Source: Sphyrna mokarran | Lineage: Eukaryota | Length of the DNA: 64,000 bases | Direction of reading: 5' to 3' | Assembly: GCA_024679065.1 (NCBI GenBank) | Contig: JAGIQG010000009.1 | Location: 89,962,001 to 90,026,000 of the forward strand | Shown here: piece by piece, positions 47,763-60,649 of the stretch | How positions within the stretch are numbered: the stretch's first letter is position 1 | Layout of the letters: every line of letters starts with the position of its first letter | Translations under genes and position numbers: made by a program | The notes under the pieces: generated by a model | The model's database searches: none | What the model saw: the letters and a program-made list of their open reading frames with translations, nothing else | Told to the model about the DNA's origin: nothing

Positions 47763-49838
47763 ATAGAACATAGAACATAGAACACTACAGCACAAAACAG
47801 GCCCTTCGGCCTTCGATGTTGTGCCAACCAATATAAAAAGCAATGCCCCTCCAAACTAAACCATTCCCTTCTCTTCCATATACTTATCGACTAACCTCTT
47901 AAACGCCACCAAACTTGGCGCATCTACAACTGCTGCAGGCAGGACATTCCACTCCCGAACCACCCTCTGGGTAAAGAACCTACCTCTGATATCCGTCCTA
48001 TAACTATCACCCCTTAATTTAAAGCTGTGTCCCCTCGTGCTAGCTTCTTCCATCCTAGGAAAAAGGCTATCACTGTCCACCCTATCTAAACCTCTAATCA
48101 TCTTATATGTTTCGATTAGGTCCCCTCCTAGCCGCCTCCTTTCTAACGAAAACAACCTCAAATCCCTCAGCCTCTCTTCATGAGACCTGCCCTCCATACC
48201 AGGCACCATCCTGGTAAACCACCTCTGTACCCTCTCCAATGCCTCCACATCTTTCTTATAAATGTGGGGACCAGAACTGTACACAATACTCCAAGTGCGG
48301 CCGCACTAGAGTTTTGTACAGTTGCAACATGACGTTGCGGCTCTGAAATTCAATCCCCCTACCAATAAAACTAAGACTCCATATGCCTTCTTAACAACCT
48401 TATCGACTTGACTGCCTACTTTCAGGGATCTATGCACAAATACACCAAGATCCCTCTGTTCATCAGCACTATTAAGAATCCTACCATTAGCCCTATACTC
48501 TACACATTTATTATTCCTGCCATAGTGCATTACCTCACACTTTTCCACATTAAACTCCATTTGCCACCTCTCGGCCCAGCTCTGCACCTTGTCCAAGTCC
48601 CTCTGCAAACTATAACACCCCTCTTCACTATCTACCACTCCACCGACTTTAGTGTCATCTGCAGATTTACTAATCCATCCTTCAATACCCTCATCCAGAT
48701 CATTTATAAAAATTACAAACAGCAGGGGCCCCAAACAGACCCCTGAGGTACACCACTTGTAACCAAACTCCACGATGAATATCTCCCATCAACCACCACC
48801 CTCTGTCTTCTATCTGCCAGCCAATTCCTAATCCAATTAGCTAAATCACCCTCTATTCCACACATCTGCATTTTCTGTAGAAGTCCTCCATGGGCCACCT
48901 TATCAAACGCCTTACTAAAGTCCATATATACCACATCAACCGCCTTACCCCCATCCACCTCTTTAGTCACTTTTTCAAAAAACTCAATGAGGTTAGTAAG
49001 GCACGACCAACCCTTCACAAAACCATGCTGACTATCCCCAATCAATTCATTTCTCTCTAAATAACTATAAATCCTATCCCTAATAATTCTCTCCAATATC
49101 TTGCCCACAACAGAAGTAAGACTCACTGGCCTATAATTCCCAGGAAGGTCTCTCTTCCCCTTCTTAAACAATGGGACCACATTCCCTATCCTCCAGTCCT
49201 CCGGAACCACACCCGTAACCAACGAGGACCTGAAGATCAGAGCCAGAGGCTCTGCAATCTCCTCTCTTGCCTCCCAGAGAATCCTAGGGTAAATCCCGTC
49301 CGTCCCAGGGGACTTATCCAACTTCAAACCCTCGAGAATATCTAGCACATCCTCCCTATCTACTTCGATACCTTCCAGTTTGCTACCCTGTACCTCAGTG
49401 TTCTCCATAACTACATTTACATCACCCTGCGTGAATACCGAAGAGAAATATTTATTCAGTACCTCTCCAATCTCTTCAGCCTCCACGCACAACTTCCCAC
49501 TGCTGTCTATGACTGGCCCTAATCTTGCCCTAACCAATCTTCTATTCTTAACATATCTAAAGAAAGCTTTAGGATTCTCCTTAATCCTATCAGCCAAAGT
49601 CTTCTCGTGTCCTCTCTTAGCTCTCCTCAACTCACTCTTTAGCTCACTCCTGGCTAATCTATAGCTGTCCATTGCACTAACTGAGCCTTCAAGCCTCATC
49701 CTGACATAAGCCTCCTTTTTCTTTTTAACCAGCAAATCAACTTTTTTCGTACACCAAGGTTCTCTTACTCGATCATTTCCTCCTCGCCTGACAGGGACAT
49801 ACTTATCAAGGACTCGCAGCAGCTGCTCCTTGAATAAA
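47763..49838 (-). mobile_element. Young CR1 subfamily A, 5'-truncated
   Basis: ORFs 47856-49849; actata at both flanks. Confidence 0.96.
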
Positions 49839-50336
49839 CTATATACCACTGTGCCACTACCTCTGTCCTGGGTCTGTCTGTGGGGTATGATAACGTCAGG
49901 CTGGGTTTCCAGTTGTCATTCCTGGTGTCTAGGTCAGTGCCTATCCATTTAGTTTCATTTTATATCCAATTTTCTCAAGTTGTTTATTACAACTGATCAT
50001 TTGAATTCAATGAAAATCTGGAATTAAAAGTCTAATTTCACCATTTGCCATGGTGTGCTATCACTTCCCGCACCTTCTCTAATAATGCACAGATCATTAT
50101 TTTTGAGGCTCTGCTTTTCAATTTACCTCTAACAGCTGATACTTTCTATGCAGAACATCCTTCCTAATCCCATTTCAATAGTCAATAGCTCATATAAACC
50201 AAGGCAACAGGATTCCACCACTCCAACCCCAAGCGAATGTCCCAAACTCTTTCACTGGGCAGAAACACAGCCATCTGGATTCTTGTTTTCCTCCACACAG
50301 AATATATATCTCCTTTGCTATACTGTCCTCTACTAC

Positions 50337-53270
50337 CACGATGTGGAGATGCTGGCGTTGGACTGGGGTAAATAAAGTAAGAAGTGTCACACATCAGGTT
50401 AAAATCCAGCAGGTTCATTTGGTAGCAAAAACCACTAGCTTTCGGAGTGCTGTCCCTTGGTCAGGTGAGTAGGAATTCTGTTCACAAACAGGGCGTATAA
50501 ACACAAACTCAATTTACAAAATAATGGTTGGAATGTGAGTCTTTACAGGTGATCAAGTTTTAAAGGTACAAACAATGTGAGTGGAGAGACGGTTAAGCCC
50601 AGGTTAAAGAGGTATCGTCTCCAGACAGAATAGTTAGTCAGATTTTGCAAGCCTAGGCAAGTCATGGGGGTTACAGATAGTGTGACATGAACACAAGATC
50701 CCTGTTGAGGTCATTCTCATGTGTGCAGAACTTGACCATCAGGCTCTGCTAGTGACTCTGCTGTGTGCGTCATGAAGGCTGCCTTGGAGAATGCTTACCC
50801 GAAGATTAGAGGTCAGATGCCCGTGACCGCTGAAATGCCCCAACAGGAAGGGAACACTCTTGCCTGATGATTGTCAAGTGATGTTCATTCATCCGTTGTC
50901 GTAGTGTCTGCATGTCTCCCTAATGTACCATGCTGCGGGACCTCCTTTCCTGCAGCTTATTAGGTAGACAACATTGGCCAAATTGTAAGCGTATGTACCG
51001 TGTACCTGGTGGATGGTGTTCTCACATGAAATGATGGCATCCATGTCGATGATCTGGCATATGTTCCAGATGTTGCTGTGGTAGGGTTGTGTGGTGTCAT
51101 GGTCACTGTTCTTCTGAAACCTGGATAGTTTGCTGCAGAGAATGGTCTGTTTGAGGTTATGACTTAGAATCTCTACAATACAGAAAGAGACCATTCGGCC
51201 CATCAAGTTTGCACTGACCACAATCCCATCCATGCCCTACCCCCATATCTCTACATATTTGCCCATTAATCCCTTTAATCTATGCATCTCAGGACACTAA
51301 GGGCAATTTTAGCATGGCTAATCAACCTAATCTGTACATCTTTGGACCGTGGGAGGAAATCGGAGAACTCAGAGGAAATCCATACAGACACGAGAAGAAC
51401 ATGTAAACTTCACACAGACAGTAAACCAAGCCGGGAATTGAACTCAGGTCCCTGGAGCTGTGAAGCAGCAGTGCTAACCACTGTGCTACCGTGCTGCCCA
51501 GTTGTTTGAAGGCAAGAGGTGGGGGTGCGAGGATAGCCTTGGTGAGATGTTCGTCTTCATCAATTACACATTGAAGGGTCCAGAGAAGATGTCATAGCTT
51601 CTCTGCTCTGGGGAAGTACTGGATGACGAAGGGTACTCTGTCTGCTATGTCCTGTATTTGTCTTCTGAAGAGATCAGTGCGGTTTTTTGCTGCCAAAACT
51701 GTCAATTATGAGTTGAGTACCATCTCCTGTTCTTATCAAGGCATCTTTCAGCCTCTGGAGATGTCTGTTGCAATCTTTCTCATCTGAGCAGATCCTGTGT
51801 ATACGGATGCTTGTCCACAGGAGATGACTTCTTTAACGTGTTTAGGGTGGAACTGGAGAAGTGGAGCATCGTGAGGTTATCCAATGGCTTGCAGTAGAGT
51901 GAGGTGCTGAGGTGACCGTTCTTAATGGAGATGCATGTGTCTAAGAATGCAACTGATTGTGGACAGTAGTCCATGGTGAATCTGATAGTGGGATGGAACT
52001 TATTGATGTCATCATATAGTTGTTTCAGTGATTATTCACCATGAGTTCGAAAGGAGAAAGTGTCATCAATGCATCTAGTGTATAGCATCGGTTGAAGGTC
52101 CTGTGTGATGAAGAGGTCTTGTTTAAGCCTGTGTGTGAAGATGCTGGCACATTGAGGTGTGAATTTGATCCCCATGGCTGTTCCGTATGTCCAGATAAGA
52201 ACTGGTTGTTGAAGGTAAAGACATTGTGGTCCAGGATGAAACGGATGAATTGTAAAATTGCATCTGGAGATTGGCAGTTGTCGGCATTGAGTACTGAGGC
52301 AGTTGCAGCAATGCCATCGTCATGGGGGATGTTGGTGTAGAGTGCCAAGACATCCACTGTGACAAGGAGTGCTCTTGTCATAGCAGAGAAGCAATGACAT
52401 CTTCTCCCAGAGCTTTCAACATAACATTGATGAAAATGAACATCTCATCAAGGCCACCCCTACAGCCCTACTTCTTGCCTTCAAACAATTACACAATTCA
52501 AACAGACCATGGTCTGCAGCAAACTACCCAGCCTTCAGGAGAACAGTGACCATGACACCACACAACTCTGCCACAGCAACCTCTGCAAGACATGCCGGAT
52601 CATCGACATGGATGCCATCATTTCATGTGAGAACACTATCCATCAGGTACATGGTACATACACATGCAACTCCGCCAGTGTTGCCTACCCGATACAGGAA
52701 AGGATATCCCAAGGCATGGTATATTGGGGAGACCATGCAGACGCTACGACAATGGATGAATGAATTCCACTTGACAATCACTAGGCAAGACTGTTCTCTT
52801 CCAGTTAGGGAACACTTCAGCGGTCACGGGCATTTGGCCTCTGATCTTCAGATAAGTGTTCTCCAAAGCGGCCTTCATGACACACAACAGCACAGAGTCG
52901 CTGAGCAGAGACCAATAGCCAAGTTCTGTACATATGAGGATGGCTTCAACCATAATCTTGGGTTCATGTCATGCTATGGGTAACTCCCACAACTTGCAAA
53001 ATCTCACTAACTATCCCAGCTAGAGACATTACACATCTCTTTAACCTGTGTTTAACCGTCTCTCCACTCACATTGTCTGTACCTTTAAGACTTGATTATT
53101 TGTAAAGACTCGCATTCAACCATTATTTTGTAACTTGAGTTTGTGTCTTTATATGTCCTGTTTGTGAACTGAAATCCCACTCAACTCAGCAATGAGCACT
53201 CTAAATGCTAGTGGCTTTTGCTACAAAATAAACCTGTTGGACTTCAACCTGGTGTTGTGAGACTTCTTAC
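50337..53270. mobile_element. Penelope-like element with inverted arrangement (minus 50337-52380, plus 52385-53270)
   Basis: RT LVTVDVLALYTNIPHDDG; GIY-YIG VVYLI.C...WYI.ET and WYIGETMQTLRQ..HF in both arms; ~800-bp inverted arms. Confidence 0.9.
51163..51498 (-). mobile_element. V-SINE (HE1-like) inside the Penelope element
   Basis: Full head gggcagcacggtagcacagtggttagcac (minus), V domain, tail. Confidence 0.93.
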
Positions 53271-54477
53271 CCTACTACCACACCATTCCTATTTACTCAC
53301 CCCCATCCTCCACTTGGATGGCTTTGTACCATAATACTGAGGCCAGTTCACTCATCCAGCTTATAGTCCCACTCTCATTCATTCATTCTGCAAGAACTTT
53401 GTACTTATAGGACATTTGCAAAGGCTGAGACTTCTCTACATTCTCCATCCCCTTATCTACTTGACTCATAGTCAACCCTCCTTTCTCTGACCAAATCAGA
53501 GGACCCTATCCTAAGGGATATAGTGCCTCCTGGAACAAAGTGTTCAGCTAACTTGCCCCCTCCCTGATGCATCTCAGTGTCCACAATGCAACTCTTGAAG
53601 CAAACATTCTGAAACCACAAACATTCACACATTCATTGCAGATGTCTTTGCTGTGGATTGCACTGGTGTTCATGGCTATCCACGTACAGCATGTGCAACA
53701 CATCACCTGCCCTACCATCCTAATTTCATTAATTCATGATTAACAGTTGCATTTATCATAAGGTTTACTAGTAGTAAAGATTGCAAATATTAATAAAACA
53801 ATACAGCTACTAATAAATTAGCTGAGTTTTAGCAGATAAACAAGAAAAATAATAACCAACCAAATACTTAACATTTTTCCTGTGATATTACACTTTAAAT
53901 TTCTCAGAATATAATCAAAGAAAAGAGTGAGGGAAAAAAGATAAGTCATTGGTGGAGGAGAAGGGCCACATATTCCTCATAACCACCAAGTTTCAGTATA
54001 AAGAGAAAGACAGTAAGCAAGAAAACATGAGAGAAGCATTGGTGGAACTGAGAAGCATTATAGAATTATGGATAAAGCAGGCAATGACAGAAGGGGGAAA
54101 GAGAGAGAGAGAGAAGATGGATAGCAAAAGATCACAGAGACAAAGGTAAAAGAAGAAATTATAGTCAATGGACTAATGCAGAAAATGTATGTAAGATTTG
54201 TTCATCAATGTTTCAATGATTTTTTTTTACAATTAAAGCCTAAAACAGGGTTTAGTGTGATAGTCTCCTTCTCAGAAACAGAAGGAAGCATTAATTAAAT
54301 CTTGTAGCTCTCTTTTCTGGGCTGCCCGAGATTTCATTAATTATAGTCTGGAGGTTCTAGTTGAGTGAAAAACTCAGCAAAGAGAATAATTCAAAGTAAA
54401 TATTTCAAAGCATGTAGAACATGCAGCACAGAGAAAGCAAATTCCCAAAATTTAATTTCACATCTAGCATGATCAAA

Positions 54478-54770
54478 GCATCCTTACTGTGCAGAAGGAA
54501 GCCATTCAGCCCACTGAGACTTACCAAACAGCAATCCCACCTAAGGCTTATCCCCATAATCCTTGCTAATCCCCCTGACACTAAAGGGCAATTTGGCATG
54601 GTCAATCAAACTAACTTCCACATCGTTGGAGTGGAGAGGAAACGAGAGCATTCAGAGGAAACCCACACAGACACAGGAAGAACATGCAAACTTCACATAG
54701 TCACTTGAGGCTAGAATTGAACTGGGTCCCTGGCACTGTGAGGCAGCAGTGCTAACGACTATGCTACCCT
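54478..54770 (-). mobile_element. V-SINE (HE1-like)
   Basis: Head, V domain and tail present. Confidence 0.9.
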
Positions 54771-55115
54771 AATACTCGCTTTTTTTCTGCTGCGCTACAT
54801 TTATTTTCTACAGAACACAAGGAAAGTTCGTTGTTAAATATTACAAATGAACACATCCTCATTCTCTGTAGATCAAAGTTTGATTTAATCACAGATGTTG
54901 AGATATTGATTGGATTTTAAATGTTAACCTAATCCAATGCCCCTAACTACAATCACTCAACAACCAATTAAATAAATTATATATTACATGGGATTTTACC
55001 CACTTTTGAAGTGAAAAAACATCAGATAAAGCCTTTCAAGAATGTAACTTAAAGTTTGATTCTTACATCACATCATATTATAAACCAGCTTTCAGATAAT
55101 CAACTCCATACTAAC

Positions 55116-55397
55116 CCCAAAACACAGTTGCTGGCTCCTCCAGAGCCTCATGTTCCACGTGACAGGAATACATGTCTCCAGGACTCGGTGTAAATTGCAG
55201 GTATGCGAATCTCTGGTAGGAATAATCCTTCTTTATATAATACTCTGTGATGTTAATGCCATTAGTCAGTTCTTCATTGTTCCTCCGAAACTTCATGGTG
55301 ATACGTGGAGGGAAGAATCCATCAGTCAGACAGATTAATGTGTTGGGCTGTCCCCATTCTACTGAGACTTCAGGGTACATGGCAGTCTGAGGGGCAA
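55116..55397 (-). CDS. MHC class II alpha chain, alpha-2 (IgC1) domain exon
   Basis: Acceptor ctcctttctctattcacag|TT GCC and donor TGG G|gttagt give a 282-nt phase-1/phase-1 exon. It reads VAPQTAMYPEVSVEWGQPNTLICLTDGFFPP...DMYSCHVEHEALEEPATVFW, with the class II alpha GQPNTLIC and YSCxVEH motifs. Confidence 0.96.
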
Positions 55398-55568
55398 CTG
55401 TGAATAGAGAAAGGAGACAGCATGGTTACAATTAACCAATGTGATATAGCAGAATAAATAAAATATAACAGGTAGATTGTGCAGTGTGGAAAATATAAAA
55501 TCAATTCCTAATCAGTAGAAGGGGAATCAGTCAGTTCAGGTCAGAAATTAGACCACTTCTATATGAAG

Positions 55569-57545
55569 TGGGTGTACTAGTTGGTGTACTAGGGAAGTTG
55601 AATCTCTGGTGAAGAGGAAGAAGGAAGCTTATATAATGATGAGACGTGAAGGCTCAGTTAGGGCAATAGAGAGCTATAAATCAGCCAGGAAGGAGCTAAA
55701 GAGGGAGTTGAGAAGAGCTAGAAGAGGACACAAGAAGAGTTTGGTGGATAGGATTAAGGAGAATCCTAAAGCTTTTTACAGGTACATAAATAATAAAAGG
55801 TTGGTTAGGGCAAGATTAGGGCCAGTCAGAGATAGCAGTGGGAAGTTGTGTGTGGAGCCTGAGGAGATAGGAGAGACACTGAATGAGTATTTTTTGTCAG
55901 TATTCACGCAGGAGAAAGACAGTGTTGTCGGGGAGAATACTGCGATACCAGGTTGTAGACTGGGTAGGATTGAGGTTCATAAGGAGGAGGTGTTTGTGAA
56001 TCTTGAGGGTATGAAAATTGATAAGTCCCCTGGGCCAGATGGGATTTACCCTAGGATTCCCTGGGAGGCTAGAGAGGAAATTGCAGAGCCTTTGGCTTTG
56101 ATCTTCATGTCGTCGTTAGCTACAGGTATAGTGCCGGAAGACTGGAGGATAGCAAATGTTGTCCCTTTGTTCAAAAAGGGGAGTAGGGACCATCCTGGAA
56201 ATTATAGACCGGTGAGCCTGACTTCTGTTGTGGGCAAGGTCTTGGAAAGAATTATAAGGGATAGGATTTATAAGCATCTAGAGAAAAATAAATTGATTAG
56301 GGATAGTCAGCACGGTTTGGTGAAGGGTAGGTCGTGCCTCACAAACCTTATTGAGTTTTTTGAGGAGGTGACCAAAGAGGTAGATAAGGGTAAGGCAGTT
56401 GATGTAGTGTATATGGATTTTAGCAAAGCGTTTGATAAGGTTCCCCATGGTAGGCTACTGCAGAAAGTGCAGATGCATGGGATTGAAGGTGATTTAGCAG
56501 TTTGGATTAGGAATGGGCTAGCTGATAGAAGACAGAGGGTGGTGGTTGATGGGAAATATTCAACCTGGAGTGCAGTTACAAGTGGTGTACCTCAAGGATC
56601 TGTTTTGGGGCCACTGCTGTTTGTCATTTTTATAAATGACCGAGATGAGGGTGTAGAGGGTTGGATTAGTAAATTTGCTGACGATACCAAAGTGGGGGGA
56701 GTTGTAGACAGCGAGGATGGATGTTACAGTTTGTAGAGGGACATAGATAGGTTGCAGAACTGGGCCGTGAGGTGGCAAATGGAATTCAATATGGATAAGT
56801 GTGAGGTGATTCACTTTGGTAGGAATAACAGGCATATGAAATATAGGGTTAATGGAAGGACCCTTAATAGCGTTGTCGAGCAGAAGGATCTTGGGGTACA
56901 AGTACATAGCTCTTTGAAAGTTGGCACCCAGGTTGATAAAGTTGTTAAGAAGGCGTACGGTGTGTTAGCTTTTATTGTAGAGGGATTGAATTTAGGAGCC
57001 GTGAGGTTATGTTACAACTGTACAAAACTCTGGTGCGACCGCACTTGGAGTATTGCGTACAGTTCTGGTCGCCGCATTATAAGAAAGATGTGGAAGCATT
57101 AAAAAGGGTGCAGAGGAGGTTTACCAGGATGTTGCTGGTATGGTGGGAAGGCCTTATGAGGAAAGGCTGAGGGACCTGAGGTTATTTTCATTAGAGAGAA
57201 GAAGGTTATGCGGTGACCTAATTGAGGCGTATAAGATGATCAAGGGATTGGATAGGGTGGATAGTGAGAGCCTTTTTCCTCGGATGGTGATGACCAACAC
57301 GGGGGGACATAACTTTAAATTAAGAGGTGGTAGTTATAGGACGGATGTCAGAGGCAGGTTCTTTACACAGAGGGTGGTGAGAGCGTGGAATGCCCTGCCT
57401 GCAGCAGCTGTGGACTCGCCTACTTTGGGGGCATTCAAATGTTCGGTGGATAGGCATATGGATGATATTGGAATAGTTTAGGTTAGAGGGTCCACTGGCC
57501 GGCGCAACATTGAGAGCCTGTACTGCACTGTAATGTTCTATGTTC
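55569..57545 (+). mobile_element. Young CR1 subfamily C, 5'-truncated, ~170 bp from the alpha-2 acceptor
   Basis: ORFs 55609-57481; TSD tatgaag (55562-55568 and 57546-57552). Confidence 0.96.
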
Positions 57546-57889
57546 TATGAAGAGATAATTAAAGAAAGAGTTTACATTTATAAAGCTTCTTATCTCATCC
57601 TCAGCACCTCCTCAGATTCCTTACAAACAAACAGTGATTTCCATCTGTTGTATACACAGCAAATAGCTAGCGAGATGAAAATCAAGTTCATCTCTATTAA
57701 TGGCACAGAAATAAATTACACAAAGATGCTGGGAGAAATAGTGACGCTTTCAGTAGCACCAGATGGTCTTTAATGATCCTTTACAAAAAACAGTAACTTC
57801 AGTTTAACATTGCATCTGAAAGATAGTAGCTCAAAATCTATCCTAGCTTGATGTAGGTTGCCACTACAGCTTCTCCTTGAATTTCTGAG

Positions 57890-59480
57890 GCTTGTGTGGG
57901 CAAAACTCACTATTAAATATTCCTAGATGCAAATTGTTCAGGAAAGATAGGAAAAGAAAGCAGGGGGAAAACACTGCAGTGCTGGAGAAAGGGAAGGGGA
58001 ATGAAAGGGGACAGAGGAGAGACAATCCAGAGGGATTAAGCACAGAATCTATCTGGTTTGAGCTAAGGAACAAAAACCATGCAATTCTATGTTTGGTGTA
58101 GTCTATAGGCCTCCAAACTAGAAAGATGTAGACGAATAAATCTGCAAGGAAATTACAGAGGTTCAAGCTTGCAATGGGAGACTTTAATTATCTGAGCACA
58201 GAGAGAGATAGTAATGCTGTAGCAGGCTAAGAGGGGCAAGATTTCCAAGAATGTGTTCAGGGGAATTTTCAAATGCAGTATGATTCTTTTCCAATGAGAA
58301 AGGAAGCATTGCTCAACCTAATTTTTCAGGATGAGGGCTCTAGGTGCATCAAGTATGAGCAGAACATTAGGGAACAGTGATCATTGTATCATAAGGTTCA
58401 TGTTGGCTAAGGAACAATCCAGATAATTGATTGGGGAATAGGTAAAAACGGACCTGGTTTAGATGAATTGGAATCATAAGTTGGCAGAAGAAACAGTAAC
58501 AGAACAAGGTGCTGCCTTTACAGAAGAGGTACGTTAGGCAGAGTCAAGGTATATTCCCACAAACGGTAAAGGCAGAGCAATGTAATCCAGAGGTTACTGG
58601 ATGACAAATAGACAGAGATTTAAGTAGAGGAGAAAAAAATCTGTTGATGACCATTGTCAGCTGGACAATACAACAGAGAACCAGGCTGAATATTGAAGGT
58701 TCAGAGAGGAATTGGAAAGCAAATAGCAGAAGGAAAGAGAGTACGGCAGCTAACAAATAAATGCATTCATTATTCTTCAATAGGCAGACAAACAAAGAGA
58801 TGCCAAGGAATTGTCAGACCAAGTGACTGAAATAAAAGGTTGAAGCATGGAAGCAGGTGGCATTGCTGAGTTGTTAAATGAATACTTTGCATCGGACTTT
58901 ACCAAGGAAAATGTGGCACAGATGAAACATGGAGATACTTCAGACACTGCAAAGGTTTAAAAATCATAAAGAGATGGTATCAGGTAGGCTACACTTAAAA
59001 CTTGTAAGACAATAGGAGCGGATGAGATACAACTGAGGGAAGCGAGAGTGGAAATTGCAGAGGCATCAGCCATAATTTTCCAGTCTTCCTTAAACTCGGG
59101 GTAGACCCAAATAGAGTATTGTGTCCAATCCTGCACACCACACTTTTGGAAGGATTTGAAGGCATTAGAGAGAGTACAAAAAAGATTCACAAAATGGTTC
59201 CAAGAAGAGGCATCCAGTTATGTAGACAGATTGGAGAATTTGGAACTCTCCTCCTTGGAGAAGAGGAGGTTGAAGTTGATTTGATTTGAGATTTTCAATA
59301 TCATGAAGAGTCTGGACAGGTAGACAGAAAGAAAGTGTTTCCAAAGGTAGCAAAATAAAGAACCAGAGGGTACAGATTTAAGGTAATTGGAAAAAGAAGC
59401 AGTGGGGTCATGAGGAAAAACTTCACACAGCAAGTATTAGGGTCTGGGACTGTGGTGGAGGCAGGTAGCATTGGGTGTAT
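57890..59480 (+). mobile_element. Old CR1 LINE, heavily deleted
   Basis: APE relics (LFRKDR, ESIWFELRNK, GDFN) and RT 3' relics. Confidence 0.8.
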
Positions 59481-59809
59481 TACGTCTTTGGAGAACCAGT
59501 GCAAAATCAACAGCCCAAATTGCCTTTGTGTGATTTCATAATTCTCCCACAAGACTGTTAGGTAAGAAATTTCAGGATATTTGTAATGGCAATGATAATG
59601 AGTAATGATAAGATATATCCAAATCAGGGTGTGACTTGGAAAGGAACTTGGAGATTGTATTGTTCCTATTCATTTCTCCTCTTGATTTGTCAATGTTGGA
59701 AGTTGCAGAAGGAGATGCTGAAACTTGGCGGGAAAATGAGTGATAAGGAGAATGTAAAGATGCTTTGAAAACCCTTCTAAACTCCAATGAGTAGAGATAC
59801 AGTACTCAA

Positions 59810-60405
59810 CCATTTCTCATTCCAGGGATCATTCTTGTGAACCTCCTCTGGACCCTTTCCAAGGCTAGCACATCCTTCTTTAGATATGGGCCCAAAACTG
59901 CTCACGATACTCCAAATGGGATCTGACCAGAGCCTTACACAGAAGTCCTCAGAAGTACACCTGCTCTTGTATTCTAGCCCTCTTGACATGAATACTAACA
60001 TTGCATTTGTCTTCCTAAGTGCCAAATGAACCTGCACATTAACCTTAAGAGAATTTTGAGCAAGGACTCCCAAGTCCCTTTGTGTTTCTGATTTAGAACA
60101 TAGAACATAGAACATAGAACAATACAGCACAGAACAGGCCCTTCGGCCTTCGATGTTGTGCCGACCAAAATAAAAAGCAATGCCCCTCCTAACTAAACCA
60201 TTCCCTTCTCATCCATATACTTATCAACTAACCTCTTAAACGCCACCAAACTTGGCGCATCTACAACAGCTGCAGGCAAATTTCCTAAGCATTTTCCCAT
60301 TTAGAAAATAGTCTATGCTTCCATCTTCCTTCCAAAGTGTATAACCTTCTACTTTTCCACATTGTATTACATCTGCCACTTCTTTGCCCACTCTCCTAAC
60401 CTGCA
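59810..60405 (-). mobile_element. CR1 RT fragment containing a 184-bp subfamily A 3' end (60094-60277)
   Basis: Host QRDLGVL..SLKV; insert matches 4004-4180; attt duplicated. Confidence 0.9.
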
Positions 60406-60649
60406 AAAGGAGCACTCTCCTTTTGCAGCTCCTTCACATACCTACTTCTTTTGCAGATTTTTTCTCCTTAAAGTATTTCTCCAATCCCCCACAATGTAGC
60501 AGTGCATTCCAAATTCTAACCAATTCTTGCATAAAAATTCTTCTCTTGTGATTTTGTCAATCACACGTTCTCCCAGGTTATCAGTTCTTCAGCAACTGAA
60601 AATAGCTTCTATCAAACTACTATTTAAAGTCTTCATTTAAAAAAAAATC

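Larger units (their letters stand above)
43350..49950 (-). mobile_element. Old non-LTR retrotransposon (43350-43657, 45827-47762, 49839-49950), host of two CR1s and a solo LTR
   Basis: IDQKLNWTS, SKVMEGVIN and QFGFRQ RT relics; same family as 60650-61340. Confidence 0.75.

Noticed and set aside
51430-51498. tRNA gene
   Set aside because: tRNA-derived SINE head joined to the V domain; no complete cloverleaf.
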